Position numbers and translations under genes: made by a program. From assembly GCA_964016885.1 (NCBI GenBank), contig OZ024742.1, positions 27,404,001-27,468,000 on the forward strand: DNA of 64,000 nt, given 5' to 3'. Origin of the DNA: Eledone cirrhosa. Its lineage: Eukaryota. How positions within the stretch are numbered: position 1 is the first letter of the stretch; the number at the start of each line of letters is the position of its first letter. The notes under the pieces were generated by a model that ran no database searches, was not told the origin of the DNA, and saw nothing but the letters and a program-made list of their open reading frames with translations. Below, in pieces: positions 1 through 15,790 of the stretch.

Positions 1-39
1 TTAACCATCTACTATGTCAGGGTATGTCATGCATCATCT

Positions 40-106
40 TATTTTATCTGATGAGGACGTACTGTTGAAGTTAGCTCAGTACCTCATAAATATGTATAAT
101 AAAATA
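40..106 (+). ncRNA. Degenerate minimal hammerhead ribozyme
   Basis: tattttat-CTGATGA-gg..gtactg/cagtac..ct-(TAAA instead of GAAA)-tatgta-TA-ataaaata. Confidence 0.5.
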
Positions 107-232
107 TACTTGATCACACGAATGTCTATTTTTGTTAATATTTTGAATTAATATTAATAACTCCGGAAAACCATTTCAGTTGAGAGCTTCCAATCTCATT
201 CTTTGATTTATTCATTGAACCTGTTTAACCTT

Positions 233-306
<74 letters not shown>

Positions 307-495
307 TGTGTATATATATGTATATATGTGTGTGGGCAGGGGGTGTTTGTGTGTGCGTGTGTGCGTGTGTGCGTGTATATATTATTTTATATATATATAT
401 ATATGTATCTAAAAGGTAAACAGAAGTAACAACACAATCGGTACAGTATATGGAAGGGATATATTAGGTTAACGCTTGATATAGCAGGAAGAGGG

Positions 496-531
496 TCTTA
501 ACGTTTCGGACGCTAGTCTTTCATCAGAAGA
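496..531 (-). ncRNA. Minimal type I hammerhead ribozyme
   Basis: Minus strand reads tctt-CTGATGA-aagac-tagc-gtcc-GAAAC-GTT-aaga, with palindromic ACGT in helix III. A decayed relative is at 40090-40125 (-). Confidence 0.65.
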
Positions 532-724
532 AAGAATGAGAAATAAGATAGATTGATGGGACGAGCGGGATGGAATTGGAAAAAATATCTTTAGATAAAA
601 ATAACAGGTCCATTCATGTTTATATATATATATTGACTTTGTTAGTTTCAGAAGATCCCGTTAAGGGTGAACACAGCGATTCTTTGCTTAAACTTTAATC
701 TGTTATTTTAATAAATATATATAC

Positions 725-779
<55 letters not shown>

Positions 780-898
780 TATAGGAGTTGTATTTAATTT
801 GTTGTAATTCCGACAAACATAAATGACTATCCAGCGAATCTTCGGACCGTTAAGGTGTGGTTTCCATGGGTATGTCATTATTTATAAAACAAATTTTG

Positions 899-963
899 TA
901 TTTTATCTGACGAAAGCGCACCAAGATTTACTTGGTCACCCTTGAAATATATATAATAAAATA
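899..963 (+). ncRNA. Minimal type I hammerhead ribozyme (family H2)
   Basis: tattttat-CTGACGA-aag..accaag/cttggt..ctt-GAAA-tatata-TA-ataaaata. Confidence 0.8.
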
Positions 964-998
964 AAAATGGTTTTATAAATATATTTTACATTTATTAT

Positions 999-1190
999 TG
1001 TGGATTGGCAGTATCGGTAGAAAGTCGGACGCCATGCTTTGACGCATAGAGTTACGGCCCTTATCATTCTGAGTTCAAATCCCGCCGAGGTTAACTTTGC
1101 CTTTCATCCTTACAGGGTGAGATAAAATAAAGTACCAGTAATGTACTGGGTATTTGCTGGCCTTGTGCCAAAAAGTAGAAACAATTATTA
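999..1190 (+). mobile_element. tRNA-derived SINE family S1 (Meta-like central domain)
   Basis: A-box-like ggattggcagtatcggta, B box gagttcaaatccc, central gaggttaactttgcctttcatccttac.gggtcgataaaataaagtaccag, tail ggccttgtgccaaaagtagaaaca(att)n. Confidence 0.85.
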
Positions 1191-1212
1191 TCTTGGTATA
1201 TATATATATATT

Positions 1213-1288
<76 letters not shown>

Positions 1289-1489
1289 TTATTATTATAA
1301 ATAAAATAACAGGAGGTTGGACTGGTGTAAATCCTTGAAAAGTTTATTATGCTATGATCATTTCAATGACCGGGTTCCTTATGAATCCGGTCATTGAAAT
1401 AATATTACATCAAGATTGACCATACGGAATGACCAATTCTATCCAGTGGTGAACCAACAAACCTAAATATATATATATATATATATATA

Positions 1490-2840
1490 ACCTATCTTTC
1501 AATGTTATTTATTATACATTATATAATACTAGTTACCCATTCTATATCATTCCTATTTATCACTTCCCTTTCTTCCTTTTTCCTTTTTCCTTTTAATTTC
1601 TAACCTCTAATCTGTACCTTTTCTTCCTAGATACTTTTCAATTCTCATTATTACTCACCCCAATATATCCACTCTTCCTTCTTCCATCCTATCACTAGCC
1701 ATAAAACTTACTATTACCCTTTTAAATACTTTATAGTATCACCGTGAAAAATCCTTCGCAAAAATAAACATTTTTTTTTACGTTAGATTATTCATCCTCA
1801 TTTCATTATTTTTTTCTCCCTTTCATGTTCGTCTAATTTACACATCACAACACATAAAAACAAACTTAAACCCTAACTAATCTCCTTTATTACATTATAT
1901 TATTACCATTAGGAAATACTTCATAAACATACATATTTTGATGTTAAGGTCTTCTCCTTAAACACTATCTCATTCTTTGCTTTCTGCGCTCATTTGTAAA
2001 CAAACTATTTACATATATTACACATACATATTACTTTACATAAAAACATACTTAAACACTAACTAATTCCTCTAAATTCATAATTCATCCACACTTCTAC
2101 ATCTTTTCACAATATATCCTTAATTACATTACTATTTTTATTTTTTATAATACATATCAACAATTTCTTTCCATCGCACATATTATTAAACCCTTCAATA
2201 TTCAAACCATAACTTAATATTATTCTTAATACATATTAACAATTTCTTTTCATCGCACATATTATTAAACCCTTTAATATAAAAACCTTAATTTAACATT
2301 ATTCTTAAATTTTCTCTTCGTTAATTTTCAAATTCTTTTAATTTATATATTATCTTCCAACGGTTTTTTAACCTCTCTATGTAAAACAATACATTTTTCT
2401 CAGTTATAAAAGCTATCTCTCTCTCTATCACGCATCTCTCCTTCTATCTCATCCTTCCTTATTATACTCCACCCCCCTCCATACTTTACTCTCATCTCCT
2501 CCTCTTTTTCATCCTTTCCAACCCCACTACCTTCATTTTTTTCCCAATATCAATCTAAAACTACATCAATCTAAAACTACTTTTCAAATGTTGATTTAAA
2601 ACTTCACTATTCACAAGTGTTTTTAACCTTCATATCATGTCTCCCTATTTTATCTGACGAAAACACAAATGTCATCGCATGATATTTGTTTTTGAAATGC
2701 GCATAATAAAATACATGGAAACTCTTTTAACCACCTTTTGATCTTATATATTATTTATACTCCACTCCTACAAACTGTAGAGTAATACTTATCCGATTTC
2801 TGCATTGCTTTATTGTACTACAATAAAACTCACCTCCTAC
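1490..2840 (+). mobile_element. Non-coding pyrimidine-rich hammerhead-bearing repeat, PLE-type (family H1)
   Basis: Its 3' part recurs at 5627-6060 and 33890-34487. Hammerhead at 2646-2713, (TA)n flanks, and an internal tandem duplication at about 2155-2310. Confidence 0.7.
2646..2713 (+). ncRNA. Minimal type I hammerhead ribozyme (family H1)
   Basis: tattttat-CTGACGA-aaacacaaatgtcat-cgc-atgatatttgttttt-GAAA-tgcgca-TA-ataaaata. Confidence 0.85.
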
Positions 2841-4049
<1,209 letters not shown>

Positions 4050-4354
4050 GGACAAAATGAAAACACACACACACATAGAACAAACAACTTACAATTGAAA
4101 ACACACACAAAATGAAAACACACACAAGACAAAATGAAAACACACACACACATAGAACAAACAACCAACCAACAATAAATAAATAAATAAACAAACAAAT
4201 AGAAAAATATAAATAGAAAAATAGAAAAATGAACACAAACACACACAGACACCCGGATGTGGCGCATGCGCAAACTGAGCACGCAACCCACACACAAACA
4301 AAATGGCGTAGGATAGAAGAAAGGAAAGGCACAGAAGCGAAAAAAGAAATCCCC

Positions 4355-4399
4355 AGTCACTGAAGAGGTCACAGAGTGTGTGACGAAAGAACTATGACT
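4355..4399 (+). ncRNA. Minimal hammerhead ribozyme in PLE pLTR
   Basis: agtca-CTGAAGA-g-gtcac-agagtgt-gtgac-GAAA-gaac-TA-tgact. Confidence 0.8.
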
Positions 4400-4617
4400 A
4401 TATATATATAAACAACTATCTGGTTGGGGAACCAACCAACCAACCAGAAATTTATAAATTTGTAAATTTATAAATATATAATAAATTAAATTGAAGTGAA
4501 AGCAACTGGTGCGTGTGTTTCTTATTGGCAACATGACCCTCCCAAAGTATAACAATATATATATATATATATATACCTATATATATATGTATATATATAT
4601 ACATATATATATATACC

Positions 4618-4655
<38 letters not shown>

Positions 4656-4670
4656 CATATATACATATAC

Positions 4671-4837
<167 letters not shown>

Positions 4838-4944
4838 CATATATATATAAATATTTATATATACATATATATATACATAAATATATATATACATATATAT
4901 ATACATATATATATATACATATATATACATATATATATATATAT

Positions 4945-5599
4945 GTGAAAAAATGGGGAGAAGAAAACTGCAGGTTGCACATGGATAACATGTAATAAAA
5001 TGAGTCCCTCATCAGTGATTTGCCGACGATCATAGATATTTCATTGCATTAAAAATCATATACCTCACGTCGGTGCAATAATAACTAAATTAAGTTATTA
5101 GGACAATTAAAACGCGTAAAGCGAGTGAGACAAGTAAACAACAAAGAGAGCTAACCGTAGAGAGGAAGGGAACAAGCTACATAGTTATTCTGTTAGCATA
5201 AGCTAGGTGAATATATGAGCGCTTAGAAAAAAACCTTTCGAGATGAATCCAAACGTGAGAAATGAAGAAAATTTTTTCGTCGCGAACGGGGTGAAGTGGG
5301 AAGGGGAGAAACAGTGAGTGAGTGAGTGGAAGTGTGAGGAAGAGTTAACTGACATGACAGAGGGGGCGAAAGAAAGTAGGAGAAACAGAGAGAACGAGGG
5401 AGCAGTAAGAGAGAGAGAGAGAGAGAAAAAAACAGAATCGCAGTTTAGGTAAATATATGTGAAAAAATTGGGAGAAGAATACTGCAGGTTGCACATGGAT
5501 AACATGTAATAAAATGAGTCCCTCATCAGTGATTTGCCGACGATCATAGATATTTCATTGCATTAAAAATCATATACCTCACGTCGGTGCAATAATAAC
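4945..5599. repeat. 141-bp direct repeats (4945-5085 and 5459-5599) around a purine-rich spacer, between (TA)n tracts
   Basis: Near-identical copies. CTGATGAGG on the minus strand of each copy suggests a pLTR-like organisation. Confidence 0.75.
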
Positions 5600-5660
5600 A
5601 ATATATATATATATATATATATAATATATGAGATCAAAAGATGGTTAAAAGAGTTCCATG

Positions 5661-5731
5661 TATTTTATTATGAGCATTTCAAAAACAAATATCATCATGC
5701 AACAACATTTGTGTTTTCATCAGATAAAATA
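5661..5731 (-). ncRNA. Minimal hammerhead ribozyme (H1, inverted copy)
   Basis: Minus strand reads tattttat-CTGATGA-aaacacaaatgtt..gatatttgttttt-GAAA-tgctca-TA-ataaaata. Confidence 0.78.
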
Positions 5732-5863
5732 GGAAGACATGATATGAAGGTTAAAAAATACTTGTGAATAGTGCAGTTTTAAATCAACATATGAAAACTT
5801 GTTTTAGACTGATGTGTGATATTGGGAAAAAAAGTATTTTTTAAGCTTCATATCATGTCTTCC

Positions 5864-5934
5864 TATTTTATCTGATGAAAACACAAATGTTATTGCATGA
5901 TAATATTTGTTTTTGAAATGCGCATAATAAAATA
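5864..5934 (+). ncRNA. Minimal hammerhead ribozyme (H1)
   Basis: tattttat-CTGATGA-aaacacaaatgttatt..aatatttgttttt-GAAA-tgcgca-TA-ataaaata. Confidence 0.83.
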
Positions 5935-6056
5935 CATGGAACTCTTTTAACCATCTTTTGATCTTATATATTATGTATACTCCAGTCCTAAAACTGTAGA
6001 GTGCTTCTTATCCGATATCTGCATTGCTTTATTGTACTACAATAAAACTCATCTCC

Positions 6057-7394
<1,338 letters not shown>

Positions 7395-7769
7395 GCAACG
7401 GATCACTTTGTGGCTCAATGAAGAGTTAATAAATTAAATAATCAGAGCTATATATCATAAAACATGACCAGAGATAATATATACCGTTTCCTCTCCCAAT
7501 TAGCATAATTAACCATATAAAAAATCGATTAGACCAAGCTGTAAGAATAAAGTCTTCTATGAAGAAATCTCCCACAAATAACCGAAAGCAGCCCCTTCGC
7601 GGCGGTTGCGATGGAGTATTTATCGAGTATTTCGACAGCGTGTATAAATTGTCCAGATATACAGTCAACTAAACAGAATTAGGTGTAAAATAAAGTAGGA
7701 GAAAAGTGAACTTATGTTGGAGCTGAAACGGTATATATTTTATCTGGTGATTCTATAGACATGTTTTAT

Positions 7770-8491
<722 letters not shown>

Positions 8492-8623
8492 TAGAAGTTG
8501 TATTTAATTTGTTGGAATTCCGACAAACATAAATGTTTATAACTGATTTAGAGCACTCAACAGTTTACTGGAGTAAATATTCCATGATAGTAAATAAATG
8601 GAAACTATTTATAAAACCATATT

Positions 8624-8688
8624 TATTTTATTAGATATTTTTCAAGGGCCACCAAGCCAGCCTTGGTGCGCTTTCATCAGATAAAATA
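8624..8688 (-). ncRNA. Minimal hammerhead ribozyme (H2)
   Basis: Minus strand reads tattttat-CTGATGA-aagcg-caccaag/cttggtg-gccctt-GAAA-aatatc-TA-ataaaata. Confidence 0.75.
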
Positions 8689-9141
8689 CAGAGTTTGTTT
8701 GTTTTATAAATAAAGACGTACCCATGAAAATCATACCTTATCGGTCGGAAATTACTGGATAGTGGAAACATATTAGGGATTATACAAAGTTATGTGTGAA
8801 TATGCAAATGAAGGTGTAAATAATTGAAAAAACAGCCGGTTATTTGAATGACCCTGGGGAAAGTTAGGGAAGAGAGAGAAAACAAATATTAATATTATGA
8901 GATAGATTGCGAGAAGAAATTTACAAAAGGATGAATAGAACTCATATAACGTAAGTAAGTTTGAAGTTTATATCTACTAATGGTTGGCTTGGTTGACCTT
9001 GAAATATATATAATAAAATAAATGTAGTTTCCATTTATTTAATATCATGGTGTATATATATATATATATTTGTATATATAAGTATGTACACGTACATACA
9101 TATATGTATACAGACGTACAGTAGTATGTATATATATATAT

Positions 9142-9180
<39 letters not shown>

Positions 9181-9580
9181 CATGCACACATATATATATA
9201 TGTACGTATGGATTCACCGAACATTTATTATAATGCTCGGTGTGTTTGTAAACAAACATCCCGTAATATTCGGTGAATCCATACGTACATAAAATATATA
9301 TGTGTGCATGTATGTATATATATATACATACTACTGTACGTCTGTATACATATATGTTTGTACGTGTACATACTTATATTTAAGTAACAGCCGTACTAAG
9401 AGTGGGAAATGAAATTTCGTTTCATTTTTCCGTTTATTTGTATATATATATATATATATACATATATTTGTATATATATATATATATATACATATATTTG
9501 TATATATATATATACATATATTTGTATATATATATATATATATATACATATATTTGTATATATATATATACATATATTTG

Positions 9581-9611
<31 letters not shown>

Positions 9612-9684
9612 ATATATTTATATATATATATTTGTATATATATATATATATTTGTAATGTGTGTGTGGGGGGGGGGGTTATAAA

Positions 9685-9862
9685 ACAAAGAGGGTGTGGT
9701 AAGATACCAGGTAGTCAATAACGCGCCAGAGTACTCAGTACTTAGGGTGATAGGAAAAGAGTCAGGACACCAACGGCTGAACTCCGGCCGTTTCGACAGC
9801 AACATCTGAACTAAGCCACCAGTATTAGAACGGCGTGAATCTAGCTGAACTTATCAAGGAGT
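9685..9862 (-). repeat. Dispersed PLE-like repeat with degenerate hammerhead; other copies at 34948-35131 and 37583-37710
   Basis: Shared sequence tgtggtaag..ccag..ataacgcaccagagtactc..ataggaaaagagtc. The minus strand of 9781-9862 reads actcc-TTGATAA-g..cagc....gctgtc-GAAACGGCC-ggagt. Confidence 0.55.
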
Positions 9863-10324
9863 ATTATCCATATATGGGCATGCGGTCAAAGCAAAAAAAA
9901 GCCAAAAATTCTCATCAAAACCCTAAAAGTTTGTTGTTTTTCTTGTCTGACACGGGTAGTGGTCATTGAACTGGGATGTTGAGTACATAGTTAAATACCT
10001 TCATGGCGGTGGGGGGCTAAACAGGCCGAAGTACAAGGGGAAGGGGTAAGAAGAATGCCAAGCCAGTCAGGCGTGCACGCACGGCCTTATGAGAGATGTT
10101 ATCCTATAAAAATATCTTTAATCTTCAATTCAAGGGGATAAGAAAAAAAAAGCGAGAGAAAGAATATAATTTCAGCGTGTAAGAATGAAAGAAGGTAGCG
10201 TAGAGTGTTTAAGTTAGGTTTATTAATAAAATACTAACACTCTGTCTTTATTTAATAAAGTAAAGTAATATCGTACAGATAGGCTAGTATAACATAGTAA
10301 ACTGTAGTCTCATCTTTGAAATTC

Positions 10325-10668
10325 TCCTTCCTCTTCGTCTACTTATTTCTGAGAGGGTCATTGGGGGCAGAGTCCTCAAACACTCCGTCCAACTGGTCCT
10401 GTCTGAAACAGCCGTCTCCAACTGGACCCCCAAGCAAAACCAGCCAAACTCTTGGTTGTTATTCAACCATCTTGCTAGGGATCTACCCCTGAATCTCCTG
10501 CCTGTTAGTTTTGCCCGTAAAATCTGCCCAGTGCTTCTTTCCTGAGACATTCTAACGTTGCTTATAGTTCCGAAGCTGTGATCTCTCAATTCAGAGAAGT
10601 AGCGGTTCGACCTGAAGTGATTCTCTGATCTCTGAGCTACGCACTCTATCGAATAACGTTACTCCATA
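10325..10668 (-). mobile_element. Degraded 3' end of an RTE-clade LINE (Expander/Rex3-like C-terminus)
   Basis: Translation GVTLFDRVRSSEIRESLQVEPLLL*IERSQLR...VRMSQER...TGRRFRGRSLARW...W..CLRTLPP matches the characteristic RTE C-terminal pattern. Confidence 0.8.
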
Positions 10669-11704
10669 ACCCTTCGGAGGAACCCCATTTCGGCCGCTTG
10701 TGTTGGTGATCGTTTTCTTTCGTTCATTACCCAAGATTCCCGATGAATTATCAAATAAAATAATTGAAATGAAAACATATTCAACATACAAAATATATAC
10801 AAAATCTTACAATGTCATGAAAGACCAACATTATTGAGCAGTATTTAGTAAAAACAAAACATATTATTAAAGAGAACAAAAAAAAAAAAGAGAAATGAAA
10901 GGAGTAAAAAGAAAAAGGATCAAACAATAAAAGAAAGGGAGATGATGAGGGAGAGACACTATACCCCAGTCTGCGCGGTACCTCAGCCGCGTCCCACGAA
11001 CAAAATGACATGGCAAGGACGTTACCGTTCTGAAAATGGTTTGAAAATTTAATATTAAGAAACAAGTTTTGATAAATACGAATTCTGTTTATCTGAAGAT
11101 CAAGAAAAATAAAAGCAAAAAAAATCCTTGCTATATTGTAAGTATGATTATTTTTTAAGCAGTTTGGTTTTGAACTTCGGTGTCCTTAATGACTTTTAAT
11201 ACTGGTTAACTCTTATATTTACTTCAGCATCATTAATATTTCTTGAGCAGAAATCTAAACAAAATGTGTAACTAAATATATTTTTAGCTTTTATTTTATT
11301 TTATTTCTCTTCACCTACCATCTCAGGTGCATTCGGCTAAACTCACTTTTCAGGTAATTAAACACAAGTCATTTGGTAGGTAAGGTGAATGGGTGATGGT
11401 GGTAGGGGAGGAGGGGTCAACAAATACAGAAAAGTGACAGAAACCACTTAACACTATAAATATATTCACTTGTTTTGACTTTGAACATGTAAACCGATAA
11501 CAAGATTTTCAATAATGGAGAAATATTTTTCTCATTTCATTCTGTATTAATGTCTAAATATTTGGGACACATTCATGTTTTTGTTGTTGTTATTGTTGTT
11601 GTTAATAGGTTTATTACATTCCAGGCTATTGACCTCATATTTACAATATATCTGAACAATTTTTTAATAGGGTTTTGTCATTGATCATTATTTAATGTTT
11701 AAAA

Positions 11705-11910
11705 GGTAGGTGGATTGGCAGTATCGGTAAAGCGTCAGACATGTTTTCCAGCATGTTACGTTCTGAGATTGAATCCTGGCAATGTTAACTTTGTCTTTCA
11801 TCCTTATGGGATCGATAAAATAAAGTACCAGTAACGCACTGAGATTGATTTAATCAACTCTCACCTCCCCGAAAATTTTGCTCATGTGCCTAAATCAGAA
11901 ACTATAATAG
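11705..11910 (+). mobile_element. SINE S1
   Basis: Same head, central domain and tail as 999-1190. Confidence 0.8.
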
Positions 11911-13459
11911 TTGTTTTGGAATGGACCTCCTTCGGATTCGACGCGGAGTATTCTAATCGTTCGATTAACCAAACCACCTATTCGTGGAGTTTACACGACC
12001 TCCTAGTGTCATTCTCATTGAGATTTAGCGTGTCACAGCATGTCATAACACTGGATCTTACAAATACAAGCTGAACCCATCAGACTGATTTCCAAACAGT
12101 TTCAATATTCTCAATTTTATTCACACGTCGTGGATTGCTCCAATACTCTTGTAAATTACATTTGTCCAAGATACCACGCTGCTGGATCGAACTCGAACAA
12201 ACTATATACCATTGGCTAGGTGGTGGATCTTGGCTGCGTCCCACGGATAAGATCATGAAAGCCTTGCGCGGGGAACAGCCAAATCACCGCATTGTATCAT
12301 GGGAAACCTCTCCTCAAGCGAGATGCACGTCTCCTGATTTGATAGAGGAAACCGGCAGTTCAGTAACAATTGGCATCGATGGTACATGGCAGCGACATAT
12401 ACGAAATGGAAGTGGTCGGTCAAGTCATAGCATTTGGATATCTTCCCTTCATCTACGTTACGAGGGGCAGTTCCCAGATTAGTTTCCGAAATAACAACAT
12501 TGGAACAGTAAAAGGTGCCGTAGCATGTTTTGGTTTAGATTAAAGATTTACCCACTTTGTCGAACGAGAAAAGAGTTGTCTCGTCTGCGCACTTTCCTCA
12601 ATTGTTTCGAAATCGTGAACGTTTCGAAACCTATATCACGTGACGTAATACCATCTAACTACCTCATTCAGCTGCTATGAAAGACTATGGTACTATTTTA
12701 ACAATAAAAGCAAAGTTAAATGATCGAATATAAATTTTACAAAAATAATATAGCAACTAATGTAATTCCACCGAAAGACATTGCTACCTGAATGATCGTA
12801 CCGATATTAAAATCCCAATTTCAGTCTATCATTTCGTACATTTCGATAGCCATTGCTTTTCTGTTCTCTCGAGACTTAAATTGAACATCGTAATTTCGGT
12901 GTAAAAGCTACGACAACTCTAAATAATAAAGACCGTTGTATAAATGTAATATCTTCCTCGGAATTGACTCCATTATAAATCAATTGTTTAGTGTCTTGAA
13001 ATTGCTGCATTTTAAATAGATTTGTGCCAATAATAAGCAACGATGATGGAAATTGTTCAAATTGTTCAGGAATATAATAACTACGACATTTAAATAAACA
13101 GACTTAGGGAATAACAATGATTTATTTTCTTTAAATAATAGCAATAATTTATTTACGAATATCTCACAAGAAAACACTTAAATTACTGTAAATAGCTTTT
13201 GTTTTTGTTATTGTTGTCGTTGTTGTTGTTTTCGTCCATCTTAACCTCCGTTCTATTTGGTGCATAACCTTATTTGCAGGTCATTGAAAGAAATATATGA
13301 AAGTAACATAAACTTTTGTTGTCAAAGTTCAATCTACTCATCAGGAAGTATTATGTTGTTGTTGTTGTTGTTGTTGTTGTTGTATATCTCAGATCAGCCT
13401 TCACCAGTCAGACCCGGTATCATCTCGTATTTCATTGTCAGAGTCGTTACAATGTCGCA

Positions 13460-13805
13460 AATAATACTTTGTGGTATTCGTTTTGGCTCTATATTTTCTC
13501 AGTTCAAATCCCGCCAAAGACATCTTCACTTTTCATCCATTCGGGGTCGATAAAAAATGTACCAATCAAGTACTGAGGTCGATTTTTCTTCTATATCAAG
13601 ACTCTCGCCAGGACAGGACGCCAGGCCATCGCAGGGTTAAACTCCCAATCATTGCTGGTACTCCTGTTCAGCTGAGTATACTGGGGCAACGTGAAATGAA
13701 TTGTTTTGTTCAAGAACACAACACACAAACCAGCCCAGGAATTAAACCCACGATATTATGATCGTACGTCCAACAGCCTTACCACTAGGCCACGCGCCTC
13801 CACTG
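13460..13805. mobile_element. Degraded SINE S1 (+, about 13460-13590) and SINE S2 (-, about 13640-13805)
   Basis: agttcaaatcccgcc..ttcatccattcggggtcgataaaa; acgtgaaatgaa..ttcaagaacacaacaca..accactaggccacgcgcc. Confidence 0.65.
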
Positions 13806-14123
13806 GTATCAATTCCACCACGATTAATTCAGTTTTACCCCCACGTAGTAGTAACTAGTTTTGTTAAACCTTAGGCCATGTTTTACTTTTTGATATTTTG
13901 ATATTATTTCCATGCGAAAATCAACGGATGGTAAAATCGATAAATATTTCACAAAATTCCTTGAAATATTCAAACGATTCAAACGTACGAGGCAGAGCTG
14001 GAAGAAGACTTAAATGGGAAAATTGCACCAAGGCACCTTAACGAGAGAAACACTAATTAAGAACACTAACAGCATGTTAGATATTTTTTAAAAAGTATAT
14101 TCGAAAATTACACCAAATTTAGA

Positions 14124-14255
14124 CACAATTACTTACGAATCATTGAACTAGATAGAAAACAACTCACACAAATTAAAGACAACGTGAAGAAGGAATATTA
14201 TAAACGTATTAGATATTAAACAGACGACGGGAGAAGGAGAAACATGGTCTGTTAC
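14124..14255 (+). mobile_element. Short relic of an R4/Dong-like non-LTR RT region
   Basis: Translation HNYLRIIELDRKQLTQIKDNVKKEYYKRIR resembles the YKYLGI.E...MKEK.KKEY.RRVR segment of R4/Dong elements, recalled from memory. Confidence 0.5.
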
Positions 14256-14984
14256 TTAATGCGGTCGTAATCGCTGCAGATGATAATAGCTTTATTAGCT
14301 TTATTATATAAAAACTACGTAATATGACAGCTACTGCTTGATAACATCTGTCTTCCCATTTGGTGGTTGCTGCGGTCCGTATTTGGTTTGCTGAGTTTGG
14401 GAAGGTGGATGGTCCGTATTCCGTTTGCCGAAATTGGGGGGTGGGTCACGGGTTGATTTAGTAGGAGCCATGAGTGCAAGATTGCGTTTGCTTTAGGGTG
14501 TTTACTCAGTGTTTTGTAGGGTAATTAGAGCCATAACTGTCTTACTTACGTGTATACATTATGTCATACTTCCAATGATTTATATATCAGGTAAAGAAGA
14601 TTGATTAATCTGAAGAATTAGTGAGCAGTTTAATGAGTTAGTAAAGCATTTTATTAATGTTGCCCCCTAACTTCGAACTCGAACAACAAAATAGCTTGCT
14701 AAGGTAATTAACATTTACGTGGCTGATCATTACACAGGCACATGTACTCTTAATGTATTTCTCGGCAAGATTAAGTAAGATATTGTGTGTGACAGGGCAG
14801 GCGCTTTGAATTATGGGTACCCCAAATTTCACTCACAAGGCTTGAATTGAGCTGGAGCTATGGTAAATGACACTATCCCAGGATGCTGTGCAGTGGGACT
14901 GAAACTAGGACCTAATGAGTGTGATACGGCTTTCTTAATCTCCCCTTATGTTGTGTCAACTCTATGATCTACAAATATTAATAG

Positions 14985-15103
14985 GGAGTTCAAATCCCGC
15001 CGAGGTTAACTTTGCCTTTCATCCTTACGGGGTCGATAAAATAAAGTACCAGTAATACACTGGGATAATTGCTGGCCTTGTGCCAAAAGTAGAAACAATT
15101 ATT
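14985..15103 (+). mobile_element. 5'-truncated SINE S1
   Basis: B box through tail intact. Confidence 0.85.
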
Positions 15104-15468
15104 AGGGAGTTCACATACAATATTTGTAAAAGTTAATTACTTTTAAGTCACATGTTTTCTAAGATGTCTGAGTCTTGAAAGCATCGTCAGTGTTACCACA
15201 TGGAAAGGGATGAGTTTCGCCACGTATAAAATACCTTAGAAATGCCATGTATCAGTATGACGCCCATACGATTCCAATAGGAGTTAAGTGTTAATACCCT
15301 TACCTTTACCTTTCTAAGATGTATTTAATTCGTTTTTATAACGTATTTTTTGTTAAATAATAAACAATAAAATTATAAGTCTTCTACTAACTTTCATTTA
15401 TTTCTATGGAAATGTTCAGGTGAATCTTTTATTAAATATTAATCTTAACCAGATTTCTTTTTTTACAG

Positions 15469-15692
15469 GACTTATCAGATTTGTTGTGTGAATTTCGAAT
15501 TAAAGGTTTTATAGCGTCGAGGTACCAGTGAAAGCGAACTTTAAATATATTGTATCTTACCATTTCAGATACTAATATTAAGAATACATTTTATTTCATT
15601 TTCAGAGTGTCCTTATCTGCAATAACTATTTTAGTCATTTGCTGTCCTGCAAATGTGTCTCTATGTGCAATTGCTGGGAGTCTTAATTGTCG
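15469..15692 (+). other. Putative host exon pair (15469-15521 and 15606-15692) separated by an 84-nt intron
   Basis: tttctttttttacag acceptor, GAG|gtacca donor, TACTAAT branch point, ttttcag acceptor, CG|gtaact donor. The joined frame is open, but the product is not recognised. Confidence 0.4.
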
Positions 15693-15790
15693 GTAACTTC
15701 GAGGAAATGTTAAGATACTCACCTACTTTATCTATGACAGGGGCCACAATTTAAGAACCTTTACCTACAAAACAACCAGCTTAACATTTT

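Larger units (their letters stand above)
5627..6060 (+). mobile_element. Family H1 element: inverted copy plus direct copy, each with a hammerhead
   Basis: 5627-5830 is an inverted copy of sequence at 2535-2750. 5838-6060 is a direct copy of 2620-2840. Confidence 0.78.

Noticed and set aside
999-1090. tRNA genes at SINE heads
   Set aside because: A and B boxes are present but there is no clean cloverleaf, and they are always followed by a SINE body.
12212-12480. 115-aa ORF or possible RTE 5' end
   Set aside because: Only a vague resemblance (GTW) and no supportable domain.
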